A stretch of 63,185 nucleotides of DNA, counting the filler, from Octopus bimaculoides (Eukaryota), in the NCBI RefSeq assembly GCF_001194135.2. It is 10 parts of 8 records of this genome, joined end to end, with 100 filler letters (N's around TTAATTAATTAA, not from the genome) between each part and the next. Parts side by side here need not be neighbours in the genome. Positions count along the whole stretch, not along the records: positions 7,124 to 17,701 come from NC_068982.1; positions 17,802 to 21,375 come from NC_069002.1; positions 21,476 to 26,598 come from NC_068987.1; 7 more parts are not named here. One strand, given 5' to 3'. Numbering within the stretch: the first letter of the stretch is position 1; each line of letters starts with the position of its first letter. Of this stretch, positions 11,695-24,580 are shown piece by piece. The position numbers and the translations under genes were made by a program. The notes below the pieces were generated by a model that was given only the letters and a program-made list of their open reading frames with translations, made no database searches and was not told where the DNA came from.

Positions 11695-14611
11695 GGTATA
11701 CTAACGAGCTTCATGTACTCAAGCAAAGTTTGTACGTTGTCTCTATTTTGTAGGTTGACCCCTGAAAAACCTAATTAAAATTGGTAATATTTTAGGATTC
11801 TTGTGTCAATTAAGTTAAATTGACCATTCCCCAGATACGTGAGCAGTTAGTTTCCGAAAACGGAATGTGGAAGGCGAGTTGGTGGTGTATTGATTCCTAT
11901 CTCTAGCAATCCACGTACCGATCATTTCACCGTAACTGGTTTTTTCTCCTTAATTCCCTTTCTGACTGTCTCACGCATTTCTTCTCTAGAGAGAAAAAGA
12001 GGTAGAAGTAGTGAGAGAGAGACACACACATATACAACCACAGAGACAGGGAGAGAGAGAGAGAGAGAAAGAGAGAAAAATAATGAGAGAGATAAAGATA
12101 TAGAGAGGGGCATATGTAGAGAGAGAAAGTTAAGGTACGACGCCTCGTTTGTTTTTCTCCGTAACTCCATTTAAATTAAGTGATGTAATATTGAAATACG
12201 TTTCAGCAACTTTTATTGAAAGGAAAATAACATTACAATAGATGCTAATATGCGTCATATGAATACTTTTGTGCACAGTACATCTGATGGCCGGAAGGCC
12301 CGCCAGAATATATGTGTGTGTGTGCGCATTTGTTTTTCCTTCTTGATTTTTATTAATAACTGTTTTGATGTTTTCTGTTAAATTCTTCACACTGACGAGA
12401 ATGACAATACATAACTTTAATTATAATTATTGATAGAATTTTTTCTTACATATTTGTATTGCTCTATGAAAGGTTTGTAGGTGCTTATTAAATCCAATTT
12501 TGATTTTTTAACATCTTTTCTCCATTTTTATAATTGTTTATGTTTCTTTTATGGTAACGTTAATGGTATGCAAATACCGTTTCATTATGCCGGGTCAACA
12601 AACTCCACTGTATAGCATCTGACCACCTGTTGGGTACAGAATTTATTGAGGAGGGTCACGCTTTAAATGTAATACAACAAAGAAATGTACGTATCAAGTC
12701 ATAAAAATTGTAATAATACAGTCAAACGAAATAGTAATATTTTGAAAGCATTTTATACATGCATTTTAGATCTTCAGTAATATACAACTGGAAATGCAAT
12801 CTTTTGCGCAACATTTTCTTCACTGTGTACGTTTCAAAGTTACAAAACATTTTAGAATACCTCCTGAAGATAAATGTACGATGTATGGCGACAAGTGCTC
12901 AATTTGGTAATTCTTTTGGCAAAGATGCGTGAAGTTGGGCACCACTATCGTGAATGCCGATCGGTTTTAGATTCTCGTTCGATCTCATCCTCCTTTAAGA
13001 ATCTCTAAGATGTTTGACTGTCACAATGTATCCTTTCGCTGTATATGTTAGAGTCCCGATACAGAAAATCAAGGACATTGAAGTCCTTCTTTTCTCCCGC
13101 AACAAAACTCGAAACATTGCAGTATATATCAGTGTCTCTGGAAATGTATTGGACTTGATGAAGAAATATGACACCGCTCCATATGTTGAACCTTCATTAT
13201 CACATGATAAATATGTAGCCACGTTTCAGATAAGAAAGGAACTTCTTTTCAGCGGCTTCTTGTAGATCACAGCAGGCTTCCCGCATTCCATCCTTCAGAT
13301 TAAGTATCAACTGACGCAGTACCCAATTTGCACATACTATGCTGCAACCAAAACTTCCAACATATATCATGCGATTACAGTCCACATGTGCAGGATGCCA
13401 CGGATTCTGAATAGTATTTTCACAAGAATAAAGTTGAACCCTCGGTGGCAATTTGTGTTTGTTTGTAATTGATGGTCCCGTACTGCATGGTGATAATCTT
13501 CAGTTATGGATTTTTTTCTTTAAACTCGTTTATCCATACGGGCAAACTGTTGTTTTCAAAGGTGTTATCTCCGCCACCATCTGGTAGAGTCTTGTGTATT
13601 TTAAAGTACCAGTGACATAACGTAACTACTGCTTATAACGTGAATATGAACTCAACGCATGCAGACATGGAAACAAAATAACAGCAGATTATGAATCAGA
13701 TATCTAACAGCCCTACCACTTCATTCTCTATCCCATTACTAGATTAGTGGATGAAATGCTATACTGCATATATCTGCATATATCAATACTGCATATATCA
13801 ATACTGCATATATCAATCGTGAGAATTTATGCCACGCTAGTAGTTGACGATGGTACAATCAATGAAAACACGCTTGTTACATTTCACTATTTTCATCCTG
13901 TACGAAAATAATAATCTTATTGGCTTAATTATGTCTTCAGGTCTCAAGTGTAAACACATGGAATCGTTATCACTTGCGACATGGTAATTAGTTTTTTATG
14001 CAAATTGAAACATATTCTCATCATTCCCAGACAGTATTCTAAATAAAGTGATTTTATATCTCTTCGCCAAATTGTCTCCAGTAGCAAGAAATTATTCATC
14101 AAACTTTGTAATTTAGTTTTTGTCGTTGCTGTTGTTTATCAACAAAGCGTTCCTGACCGAGCCGACGTATAACCAAATGTATTCGAGATGTGAAGATCTT
14201 GTGATATCGGAAGCATTATCCAATGGGACATTTCTTTCTAAGACTGTAAAATATACATATCATTGGTCACACATATATGGTGTATATGTTTCGTTCATAG
14301 TGCGTCGTGGGTAAATTTGGCTACTAAGTCTGGATCCTCTAAAGATCATACAGGGGCTGCTATTTTATACATTCGTTATACATTAATATTACAATAGTAT
14401 TTAATATTTCATAAAACAAATTCCGAGTACAGATTTTCGATAGCATATTCGGAAGAAAGTTATTCTTTACATCTCTATCAATCAAAACACCAAATAAACT
14501 TTATTGCTGTTGTATGTGAGTAACCTGATCGTTGAACAATAACATTTGGAGTCTTGCAAATGGATATTTGTGAAAATGGAGAACGGGTATATAGCACACT
14601 CACACACACTG

Positions 14612-14654
<43 letters not shown>

Positions 14655-15076
14655 TGCATACACACACGCACACATCTATATATATAGCATCTTTAAAATT
14701 GCATTTTAAAACCTNNNNNNNNNNNNNNNNNNNNNNNNNNNNNNNNNNNNNNNNNNNNNNNNNNNNNNNNNNNNNNNNNNNNNNNNNNNNNNNNNNNNNN
14801 NNNNNNNNNNNNNNNNNNNNNNNNNNNNNNNNNNNNNNNNNNNNNNNNNNNNNNNNNNNNNNNNNNNNNNNNNNNNNNNNNNNNNNNNNNNNNNNNNNNN
14901 NNNNNNNNNNNNNNNNNNNNNNNNNNNNNNNNNNNNNNNNNNNNNNNNNNNNNNNNNNNNNNNNNNNNNNNNNNNNNNNNNNNNNNNNNNNNNNNNNNNN
15001 NNNNNNNNNNNNNNNNNNNNNNNNNNNNNNNNNNNNNNNNNNNNNNNNNNNNNNNNNNNNNNNNNNNNNNNNNNNN

Positions 15077-15108
<32 letters not shown>

Positions 15109-15452
15109 CTGTGTGCCTGTGTGTGTGTATACATATGTACACCAATAAGAAAATGGAGGGGATCAAGAAGTGGTATTCATCAACTTTTAGACATTACATT
15201 ATGTCTATTTATTTTTTTTTAACCATTATACCAAGTGAACATTTATAAAGAAATCAATTTTACTCAAAGTCAAAAATGCAGTAAATATTAGTCATTGTGT
15301 TCGAACCTCCTTGGCGAATAGAAAGCGTGTGCCATCTTTTTCACCTCGATTAACAACGGACGGTCCCTATATTTTTCCAGGCATTGCCTTTCCTTAGGCG
15401 ATGGAGGAATTTCAACCATGTTTCGTGGTCTGCTACCACAACAGCTCCTTTA

Positions 15453-15793
15453 TAGGATCCAGTTAGCTCAAGACATCATCAGGAGGAACCACGTCCAGTT
15501 TCGGCCCCTACTCCTCTACCGTTTTGACGTGGCGGGGCCCCTCCTTTCGGAGGTGTCTTCAGCTCTGGTGTTGGGTGCATGTCTTCTTTCACTGTTTGTG
15601 ACTGTTCTAATTCAACTGTGGAATGTCCCTCGCTATGGTTATTTTCCAGGAGGTTCTGGCCACACGTCTTACGGTTCATCACGCGTTGTTGAATTACTTT
15701 CTTCTGACATACCTTCCCTTGGTGGATTAGGATCCAGTTAGCTCAAGACATCATCAGGAGGAACCACGTCCGGTTTCGGCCCCTATTCCTCTA
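15453..15793. repeat. 66-bp direct repeats (15453-15518 and 15728-15793) flanking a GC-richer 209-bp core
   Basis: taggatccagttagctcaagacatcatcaggaggaaccacgtcc(a/g)gtttcggccccta(c/t)tcctcta occurs twice with 2 mismatches. A mariner-TIR-like aatagtcaccctg|ta follows immediately. Confidence 0.85.
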
Positions 15794-16200
15794 TTAAATA
15801 GTCACCCTGTAATGAAATACTCCATGCGAAACCGATTTTTAAAACTGGTATTAATGGATCTATAATACTGTTGAATTGGAATAATAACCCAGTCTACAGA
15901 TAAATATACGCGTATGAATGTTTATCTGTTTTTTTTTCCTTAGTATAATTTTCTAAATAGTAACAATATTATTACGAAGTTTGAGGCAAACGTCTGTTGT
16001 CTTGTTTGTTATTTCTATAAATAAAAATAACATTATCTTTACGTTTCTTTTGTGTGATATCTATTGCCCATCTTTTTTAAATCAACTGTTTCCTGTTACG
16101 TCTATTAACAAACAACAAAACATATATACACACATACATATCATAGACACACAAACACACAATTTTGCATAAATATGCACGTGACGATGTGTGTGTGTAT

Positions 16201-16239
<39 letters not shown>

Positions 16240-16739
16240 CAGTGTATATGAGCTTTACCTCCACAAGATGTTAACAGAGTTTTTAAAAATTTCGTGGCTT
16301 TTTGTGTGTTTAGCATTTGTTTAATTTTTCTGGCTTCACCCTTTCAAATGTTGCCGTACATCATTATATTGCCTTATATATCCCTTTGAAAACATGTATG
16401 ATTGGGAAATTACCGATCTCTAAACATCGTACACTTCTTCATCTGTCCATTTTATTTATATTCGTCCAATTATATATCTATATATGGGAATTTTGCCCAA
16501 CAATTATTTTTATATGCTGGCCACACATAAAATTCATGAATTTTAATGATTTTATCTTTTAAGTATGTTTACATATATCTCCTTCACTTCAGGACAGTTT
16601 ATTTATTTCTGTACTATTCCGACTAAATACACACGTATTGAGGTGGGCTACTAAATTCGATATGTATATGTTATTGAATAATTGTATGTACTTGTATTTT
16701 GCATGTGATTTATGTGGGTGTGTACATGTATTATCATTT

Positions 16740-17326
16740 ATTTCGCACAGTATGTTCTACGGATACATTCGGCCAAGCGTCTGCATTTTGTTGCCAACTT
16801 TGTAATGTGCACTTTGAAAGATGCATCATTACGCATGTCGATACACACGCCACGCACTGGTCTTTGTTCAGGAACTGGAATCCCTTGTGGGCCAGCGTAT
16901 CCTGTTTGCTTCTCATTGAGCTTACTGTGTGGGTAGGTCCGAGCATGGAATTTTCCAACACGTGTTATTTTCCTTAGTCCACCTGTGTATTGTGTCCAAC
17001 TCACGTTTTAGATGCACAACGTCTGCAGATCCCTGTATTCTCTGAGAGAATTTGGTATTGTATGCATAGCTAGCAAAATTGACTATTTCAGCAGATGAAA
17101 GAATCTCAGAGTAGGCCATTATAAATAGCAGCAGTCCCAGGACAGTGCCCTCATTTTTGTTTTTTTTTTTGGAGGTGGTCCAACTAGCCACCACGTCCGG
17201 ACTTCTTTCTCTTAGAGAATCATGTAGCCATTCTCCAAGTTTGCCAAATATGCCACGATTTTGGAGCTTATAACAAATCATACGATGGACGACGTTGTCG
17301 AAGGCTTTTAGAAAGTCAAGGTATAT

Positions 17327-17329
<3 letters not shown>
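16740..17329 (-). mobile_element. CR1/L2-type LINE reverse transcriptase fragment
   Basis: VIYLDFLKAFDNV.H..IC.KL..RGI.GKLGEWL..GTVLG.LLF...SYA.NTK (decayed YADD)...L.RELD.I.RW...NN. In a shifted frame it continues IDMRNDASFKVHITKLATKCRRLA. Confidence 0.88.
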
Positions 17330-17369
<40 letters not shown>

Positions 17370-17662
17370 TCACACACATACCGTTGCGCACAGATGCACA
17401 CAGACACACGCACGCAAACACGCACCCACATAATTAGCATAAACGACAATTTGCAATGTATCACCAAAAACAAAAGTTATAACCGTCATGAAATGTTACT
17501 AGGGTATTAGAGACTTGGAAGATGGAACATACTCAGCACTTAAATATTCACTGTATGTATGTACGTATGTATGCATACATACATACATACATACATACAT
17601 ACATGCAAGCATACACACACATACATATATGTATATATATGTATGTTTGTATATATGTATGC

Positions 17663-17701
<39 letters not shown>

Positions 17702-17801
17702 NNNNNNNNNNNNNNNNNNNNNNNNNNNNNNNNNNNNNNNNNNNNTTAATTAATTAANNNNNNNNNNNNNNNNNNNNNNNNNNNNNNNNNNNNNNNNNNN
17801 N

Positions 17802-18033
17802 CACAGATTTGACATCGCCATGTCAACAAACTTCAAAATTGGTAAAAGTTTATCGATTTTTTACAGCTATACGCGGGTGCCTCTGAGAGAAAAAGTTGAC
17901 AAAAACACAGATAGGGTCATGAACAATGTCCTCCTAAAATTGGAGCGACATGCGTGCTAATTTGTGGACGTGCATAAACTACATTCACGTACACACACAC
18001 ACACACACACATCCTCTCTTTTATAGATATAGA
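17802..18033 (-). mobile_element. 5' end of a (probably non-autonomous) Helitron, truncated by an assembly spacer
   Basis: The minus strand reads A|TCTATATCTATAAAAGAGAGGA(TG)n. A TC start after A, a TATAAAA motif and a subterminal microsatellite are typical of animal Helitron 5' ends. Confidence 0.62.
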
Positions 18034-18277
18034 TGAACCACCGCTCAGTGACGGCCTGATCCCTTCTCCATCGAGTGAGCGAGGAAACTATTATAACAAT
18101 TCCCTCTCCCCATAGGATGTATGTATTTTTTAAAAAAAGGAAAACTAAACAAAGAAGCTTACTTAAGCTGACGATGTTGTTTCAGGGTTTTTTTTTTTTA
18201 TATACATATTCTGCTGGCTGTTGGTTTTTTCACAAATCTCTCTCTCCTCTACATATGATGCTTTCTTTCTATTTCAG

Positions 18278-18414
18278 CCTCCTATTGACATTGTCATCAC
18301 AGATGCTGGGCCACTCACGCGGTCGCTCCTTAAATTCTTACACGATATGTCAAATTCTTCTTCAAACAATTCTGTCATCCATCCCGACATCCTTTTTGGC
18401 CAGATTTGTAAAAA
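18278..18414 (+). CDS. USP16/USP45: Internal coding exon of a ubiquitin carboxyl-terminal hydrolase (USP16/USP45 family)
   Basis: Acceptor ctttctttctatttcag| and donor AA|gtaagt. The 137 bp read PPIDIVITDAGPLTRSLLKFLHDMSNSSSNNSVIHPDILFGQICK(K), resembling the 'GPLT..L..FL..M....V.P..LF.Q.C.K' segment of USP16/USP45. It ends in phase 2, which fits the next exon. Confidence 0.9.
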
Positions 18415-18661
18415 GTAAGTCAGTTGTTTTTTTTTCCGTTTTATATTTTTATTAATTTTGTTGGTGATTTGCTGTACTTGAGATATCAAGCTAAGTAAAA
18501 TTGCAGTATTCCATACATACAGGCTTGTCCTTTACAGGTGTTAGTGTCACGTAAAATGCAAGACTGATAGGAAATCCAAATTTTTGTAGAACATTCCCCT
18601 CTTCTACCAGACTTCTGCTTCTTTTTATTTACTGAGGAATTCTTTATCTTTCACCTGACAG

Positions 18662-18749
18662 AGCTCCACGTTTCAAAGGCTTCCAACAACAAGACAGCCA
18701 TGAGTTGCTTCATACTCTTTTAGATGTTATGAGAACTGAAGAAATAGAG
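18662..18749 (+). CDS. USP16/USP45: Next coding exon of the USP16/USP45-type deubiquitinase (QQD box)
   Basis: Acceptor tctttatctttcacctgacag| and donor GAG|gtaagt. The 88 bp read (K)APRFKGFQQQDSHELLHTLLDVMRTEEIE, the USP 'F.G.QQQDS.ELL..LLD' motif. It splices in frame to the upstream exon across a 247-bp GT-AG intron. Confidence 0.93.
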
Positions 18750-18901
18750 GTAAGTTCTGTGCTTTCTGATTCTATTTTCTATCTTTCAGTTGAAATCTCA
18801 TTTTAACCCTTTGGCCACATTCAGCCCAAACACTCTACCTGTTTTATGTTCAAACCAGCCAGATTTGACATCTCACACCTACTCTAAAATGTCATTCTAA
18901 A

Positions 18902-19260
18902 GTATGGCACCTTGGGCAAGTGCCTTCCATTATAGCCTCAGGCTGACCAAAGCCTTCTGAGTGGATTTGGTAGATGAAAACTGAAAGAAAGCCATCGTAT
19001 ATAACACACACACACACACACTCACATTCACCAATGTGTGTGCCTTTGTGTCTGTGTTTGTCCCCCACCACTGCTTGACAACCAGTACTGGTGTGTTTAT
19101 GTCCCCACAGCCTAGCGGTTCAGCAAATGAGATTAATTGAATAAGCACCAGACTTTAAAAAGATAAGTCCTGGGGTCAATACATTCAACTAAAAAATTCA
19201 TCAAGGTGGTGCTCCAGTATGGTTGGAGATAAATGACTGAAACAATTAAAGGATTTAAGG
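18902..19260 (+). mobile_element. Family A SINE in the USP intron, CpG-decayed
   Basis: ggcaccttgggcaagtgcc...accaaagcc...tagcggttcagcaaa...ggtggtgctccagtatgg. Confidence 0.8.
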
Positions 19261-21049
19261 AATATCATTGAAATTTCAAATCTGTCAGATAATGCATGAT
19301 TAATTCAAAACAATGTGCCTTACATTTGACAAGAATCTGAATTCTAAAAGGTTGATGTTTTTAAAATCCTGTTATCATTAAACTGGTAAAAGACACTCTT
19401 ATTTCTTTATTGCACACAAGAGGCTAAACATAGAGGGGACAAACAAGGACAGACAAAGGGACTAAGTCGATTACATCGACCCCAGTGCCTAACTGGTACT
19501 AATTTATCAACCCTGAAAGGATGAAAGGCAAAGTTGACCTCGGCGGAATTTGAACTCAGAACATAATGGCAGACGAAATACCACTAAGTATTTCGCCCGG
19601 TGTGCTAACGTTTCTGTCAGCTCGCCGCCCTTTGGTAAGAGACACTCTGTGCCACCATGAGCATCAGTAAACCATTTCGTGGCTGTATTTCTAATGTAAT
19701 GTATATTCCCAGTATATCTCAGTTACTTGTGAAAATAATCAAGAAATTTAGTGGGATTTAGAAAAAATATTTTTATCATTAGTGTTCACTTTTCCATGCT
19801 TGCTTCGGTTAAACGGAATTTTTAAGGCAGATTTTCTGCAACTGGATGCTCTTGTTGCCAATCCCTATCCATTTCCAGGCATGGTAATATTTTTCCAGGG
19901 TCAGACATGTTTTTCATGAAAGCCTGGAAATGAACAACATCGCTTGGGTGACAGTGATGCTTATTTACAGCCATTATTTTATGTAAAGACAAGGGGACAT
20001 GCACACATGCACGCACGCACACACACACACACACTCACTCACTCACTCTCTTTCAATGGGCTTCTCTCAGTTTCTGTCTACTAATTTGACTCTCAAGGTT
20101 TTGGGTGGCCCAGGACTATAGTAGTGTTGCACAGTGGGGCTGAACCCAGAACCACTTGGTTGGGAAACAAGCTTCTTCACCACACAGCCATGCCTGATAA
20201 TAACCTTTTTAATTTAATTTGGGCTATTTTAAAATGAGATATTTTGTATTAGCGTATGACAGTTTCAGATAGATTGGTATTAAAGAAAAGTTTAAGCTTC
20301 ACCAGGAGATTTCAGAATTTCTTGAAGATGGTAGTGTCAATATTTAAAGGGCTGCAGCAGAATTTAACCCTTTAAACCGGATTATGTTTAATAATTGTGT
20401 AATTTGGTGTATAAAACTGTATTTACTATGAGACCAACCCACTATTGTAACTGTTATGTTGGTCCACTGTTGTGATTGTTGGACTGGTCCACTGTTGGGT
20501 GAGTCCATTGCTGCCACTTTGGGCCATTGGGCTATCTTCCTTGGCTGTTGGGCTGATTGGAGTTTACTGCCATGGTAGTTGGGTTGACTGGTTTGTCACT
20601 GTGGCTGTTCCATTATGGATAATACATTAAATATATTGACTGATCACTTATAAACTCGACAAAAGCTGTGGTATGTTTTGAACCTATAACTGACACAATC
20701 CTTAGTTCTCTCCATGCCATGTGGCACATGAAGCTGCAACATAATCTCTCCAACCAGCTCTGTTTTCTGCCATTGTTCTGGTTTCATCCCAGCTTCTCCA
20801 CACTTGTCATTTCTTTTCCTTGTCAATGGTCCTTCGCCATGTGGTTTTAGGGGGTGCCCTGTTACTCTTTTTCTCCTCAGGCTGCCATATTAGTGTCACC
20901 ATACAATCACTTCCTCGACACAGTCCTTACCTCCACTTAACCCTTTACCATTCACATTATTCTGCCAAATGTAATAATTTTTCATTCAAATTGTTTTTAA
21001 TTAATTATACATTATCTCCTAGCTTTGAAATTTTGATGACGTGATTGTA

Positions 21050-21260
21050 TACTCTTTTACTCTTTTACTTGTTTCAGTCATTTGACTGTGGCCATGCTGG
21101 AGCACTACCTTTTTAGTCGAGCTAATCGACCCCAGGACTTATTCTTTGTAAGCCTAGTACTTATTGTATCGGTCTCTTTAGCCAAACCGCTAAGTTACGG
21201 GGACGTAAACACACCAGCATCAGTTGTCAAGCGATGTTGGGGGTACAAACACAGACATAC
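21050..21260 (-). mobile_element. Family A SINE, 3' half
   Basis: tactcttttacttgtttcagtcatttgactgtggccatgctggagcac...aaaccgctaagttacggggacgtaaacacacc. Confidence 0.82.
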
Positions 21261-22039
21261 AAACATATACACACACATACATATATATATATATTTCTAT
21301 ATATATATATATATATATATAAAGTGTAGTATATTGCCACTTAAGTGTGGCTGACCCCTAGGGGTGGATGTTACTNNNNNNNNNNNNNNNNNNNNNNNNN
21401 NNNNNNNNNNNNNNNNNNNTTAATTAATTAANNNNNNNNNNNNNNNNNNNNNNNNNNNNNNNNNNNNNNNNNNNNTATATATATATATATAGGCCACTGA
21501 ACTCAACACGCTTCTTTTCATTCTCTCAGTTTATTTCTGTATATTCCTTTCTGTTGAAGAGCGTAGGCTCGAAACGCAAAAGACTTTTCCATTTTTCCCG
21601 AGCGTCAAACAAATACACTTGCTTGTTGTTCCTACACCTGTCTTTGTTTTTGTTTTTCTATAAATTTGAGTTATATATATGTGTGTGTGTGTGCGTGAGT
21701 GTGTGTGTATGTGTGCGTGCGTGCGTGTGTGCGTGTGTGTGTTTGTGTCTGTGTCTGTCTCCCTATCACCACTTGAAAACCGGTGTTGGTGTGTTTATGT
21801 CCCTGTAACTTAACGGTTCGGCAAAAGAGACTGATAGAATAAGTATTAGACTTCATAAACATGAGACCTGCGATTCATTTAATCGACTAAAAAAAAAAAA
21901 AACTTTCAAGATGGTACTCCAGCATGGTAACAGTAAAATTACCGAAACAAGTAAAAGATAAAAGAATAAGAGAATACATATACGAAAAGTTCTTGGCTTG
22001 AAGGCTATTGCAAAGAGTCTGGTTGGGAACCCCACCTTC

Positions 22040-22165
22040 CGAGTTCTTTTTACAGGTTTTACAGGGCTTAGAAAAACTGAAGGATCGTTGCAATAAGTGT
22101 GTGACCTGAAAGGGGAACATGTTGAATAAAGTCATAATTAACTGATCTGCCTGTATTTTCAGCAC
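22040..22165 (+). mobile_element. Mariner transposase C-terminal fragment
   Basis: QGLEKLKDRCNKCV-(frameshift)-KGEHVE* resembles the mariner C-terminus 'GI.KL..RW.KCV...GEY.E*'. Confidence 0.58.
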
Positions 22166-22168
22166 CAG

Positions 22169-22245
<77 letters not shown>

Positions 22246-22617
22246 TGTCAACGGATAACAAGAAGGAAAAGAAATCACAATCTACTTTGATGTCTTCCTT
22301 GTTAAAATAACCTCGATTCCATTGAATCCTGAAAATAATTATAAATGTATATGTATGTATGTGTTTATATTTATGTGGTGTGCGTCCGTATTTGTGTATG
22401 TGTGTATGTGCATATATATATATGTATATATTTATAAATACCTGTGTATGTGTGTGCGTGCACACACTCACGCACACATACACGCAGACACACTTTCCTT
22501 TCCATTGAAGTGCGTTGGCTCGAAACGTAGAAGACTTTTTCATTTTCCCGAGCGTCAAACTAATACACTTGCTTTTGTTCATACATCCGTCTTCATCTTT
22601 TGTTTTTCTAAAAATTG

Positions 22618-22681
22618 GGCCGACCAAAGCCTTGTGAGTGGATTTGGTAGACGGAAACTGAAAGAAGCCCGTCGTATATAT

Positions 22682-22717
<36 letters not shown>

Positions 22718-22920
22718 ATATGTTTGTGTCTGTGTCCCCCTCAACATCGCTTGACAACCGATGCTGGTGTGTTTACGTCCCCGTAACTTAGCGGTTCGGC
22801 AAAAGAGATCGATAGAATAAGTACTAGGCTTACAAAGAATAAGTCCTGGAGTCGATTTGCTCGACTAAAGGCGGTGCTCCAGCATGGCCGCAGTCAAATG
22901 ACTGAAACAAGTGAAAGAGT
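22618..22920 (+). mobile_element. Family A SINE, 5'-truncated, CpG-intact
   Basis: gggccgaccaaagccttgtgagtggatttggtagacggaaactg...aaggcggtgctccagcatggccgcagtcaaatgactgaaacaag. Confidence 0.88.
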
Positions 22921-24527
22921 ATATATATACACATACATACACACACACATACACACACACACGCGCACATATATATATATACACACACACGCACATATAT
23001 ATATATACACACACACACACATATATATACGAATGCCTATAAATGTGTACACACATGCACATGACAACACACACATACACACGCATCTCTATACAAACCA
23101 CTACTTTGGTTTATTCTTTTCCATTCATTCGTTTATGCTCTAGATTTCTGTAAGACATTAATATATAGATCCCTTATTTCCCTTTCTTTTTCTTTTAATT
23201 TCATCCTTCATTTGTAACTAATTTTCACTTCTTCTATTTCTTCCTTTTGCTCTTTTTGCGACCACTTTCGTTGTTCTGATTATTTTCACCAACTTCTAAG
23301 ATCTCAAATTACATTTGGCAGGCTTTAAGATTTATTTGGATTTAAATAAAAACATATTTTTACACATTTCCACTCATTCTTTACATCTGTGTTCCTTCGC
23401 TTGATTATGTTATTACCGACTCCCACCATTTGTTATTTTCTATCCCTTCCTTCTGTTTTCTATGCTTCACTTCATCCCCTGATTCAGTTATAAATCATGT
23501 TAAACATACAGAACAGCTCTCTCTGAAATCGTAATAATCAAAGACAAAACAGAAAATCTGCCAGGACAGAGTTTCTTATAGAAGAAATTGTGACAATTGA
23601 AAAGGTAACTGATATATTAGTTTCAAATTTGGATACATGGCCAGCAATTCCGGGGAGGGGATAAAATGATTATCTGGACTCCAGTGCTCAACTGGTACTT
23701 ATTTTATCGACTCCGAAAGGATAAAAGACAAAGCCGAACTCGGCAGAATTTGAACTCAGAATGTACAGACGAAATGCCGCTAAGCGTTTTGCTAGGCGTA
23801 CCAAGGATTCTGTCAGCTCGTCGTCTGCAGGGTAACAGATATATTGACGTGTTCAGTAAAATTAAAATGATTTTAAACATTTTAAACTTGTCCTGCACAA
23901 CGGCGAACCAAGAAGAATTTTATGCACGCAAACTTCATTATGTTTACTTATTAATAAAGAAGCAGAGGTGCAAAAGTTTCACAATCGTGACTTTAATGGC
24001 ATGACCTTAGGTTTCACGACTCCACGTCTTCACGTGTCCATGCTTTNNNNNNNNNNNNNNNNNNNNNNNNNNNNNNNNNNNNNNNNNNNNNNNNNNNNNN
24101 NNNNNNNNNNNNNNNNNNNNNNNNNNNNNNNNNNNNNNNNNNNNNNNNNNNNNNNNNNNNNNNNNNNNNNNNNNNNNNNNNNNNNNNNNNNNNNNNNNNN
24201 NNNNNNNNNNNNNNNNNNNNNNNNNNNNNNNNNNNNNNNNNNNNNNNNNNNNNNNNNNNNNNNNNNNNNNNNNNNNNNNNNNNNNNNNNNNNNNNNNNNN
24301 NNNNNNNNNNNNNNNNNNNNNNNNNNNNNNNNNNNNNNNNNNNNNNNNNNNNNNNNNNNNNNNNNNNNNNNNNNNNNNNNNNNNNNNNNNNNNNNNNNNN
24401 NNNNNNNNNNNNNNNNNNNNNNNNNNNNNNNNNNNNNNNNNNNNNNNNNNNNNNNNNNNNNNNNNNNNNNNNNNNNNNNNNNNNNNNNNNNNNNNNNNNN
24501 NNNNNNNNNNNNNNNNNNNNNNNNNNN

Positions 24528-24580
<53 letters not shown>

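Noticed and set aside
20253-20330. Possible next USP exon starting with Arg
   Set aside because: The phase-0 translation RMTVSDRLVLKKSLSF... does not resemble the expected 'R...ILK.F' segment, and the donor is weak.
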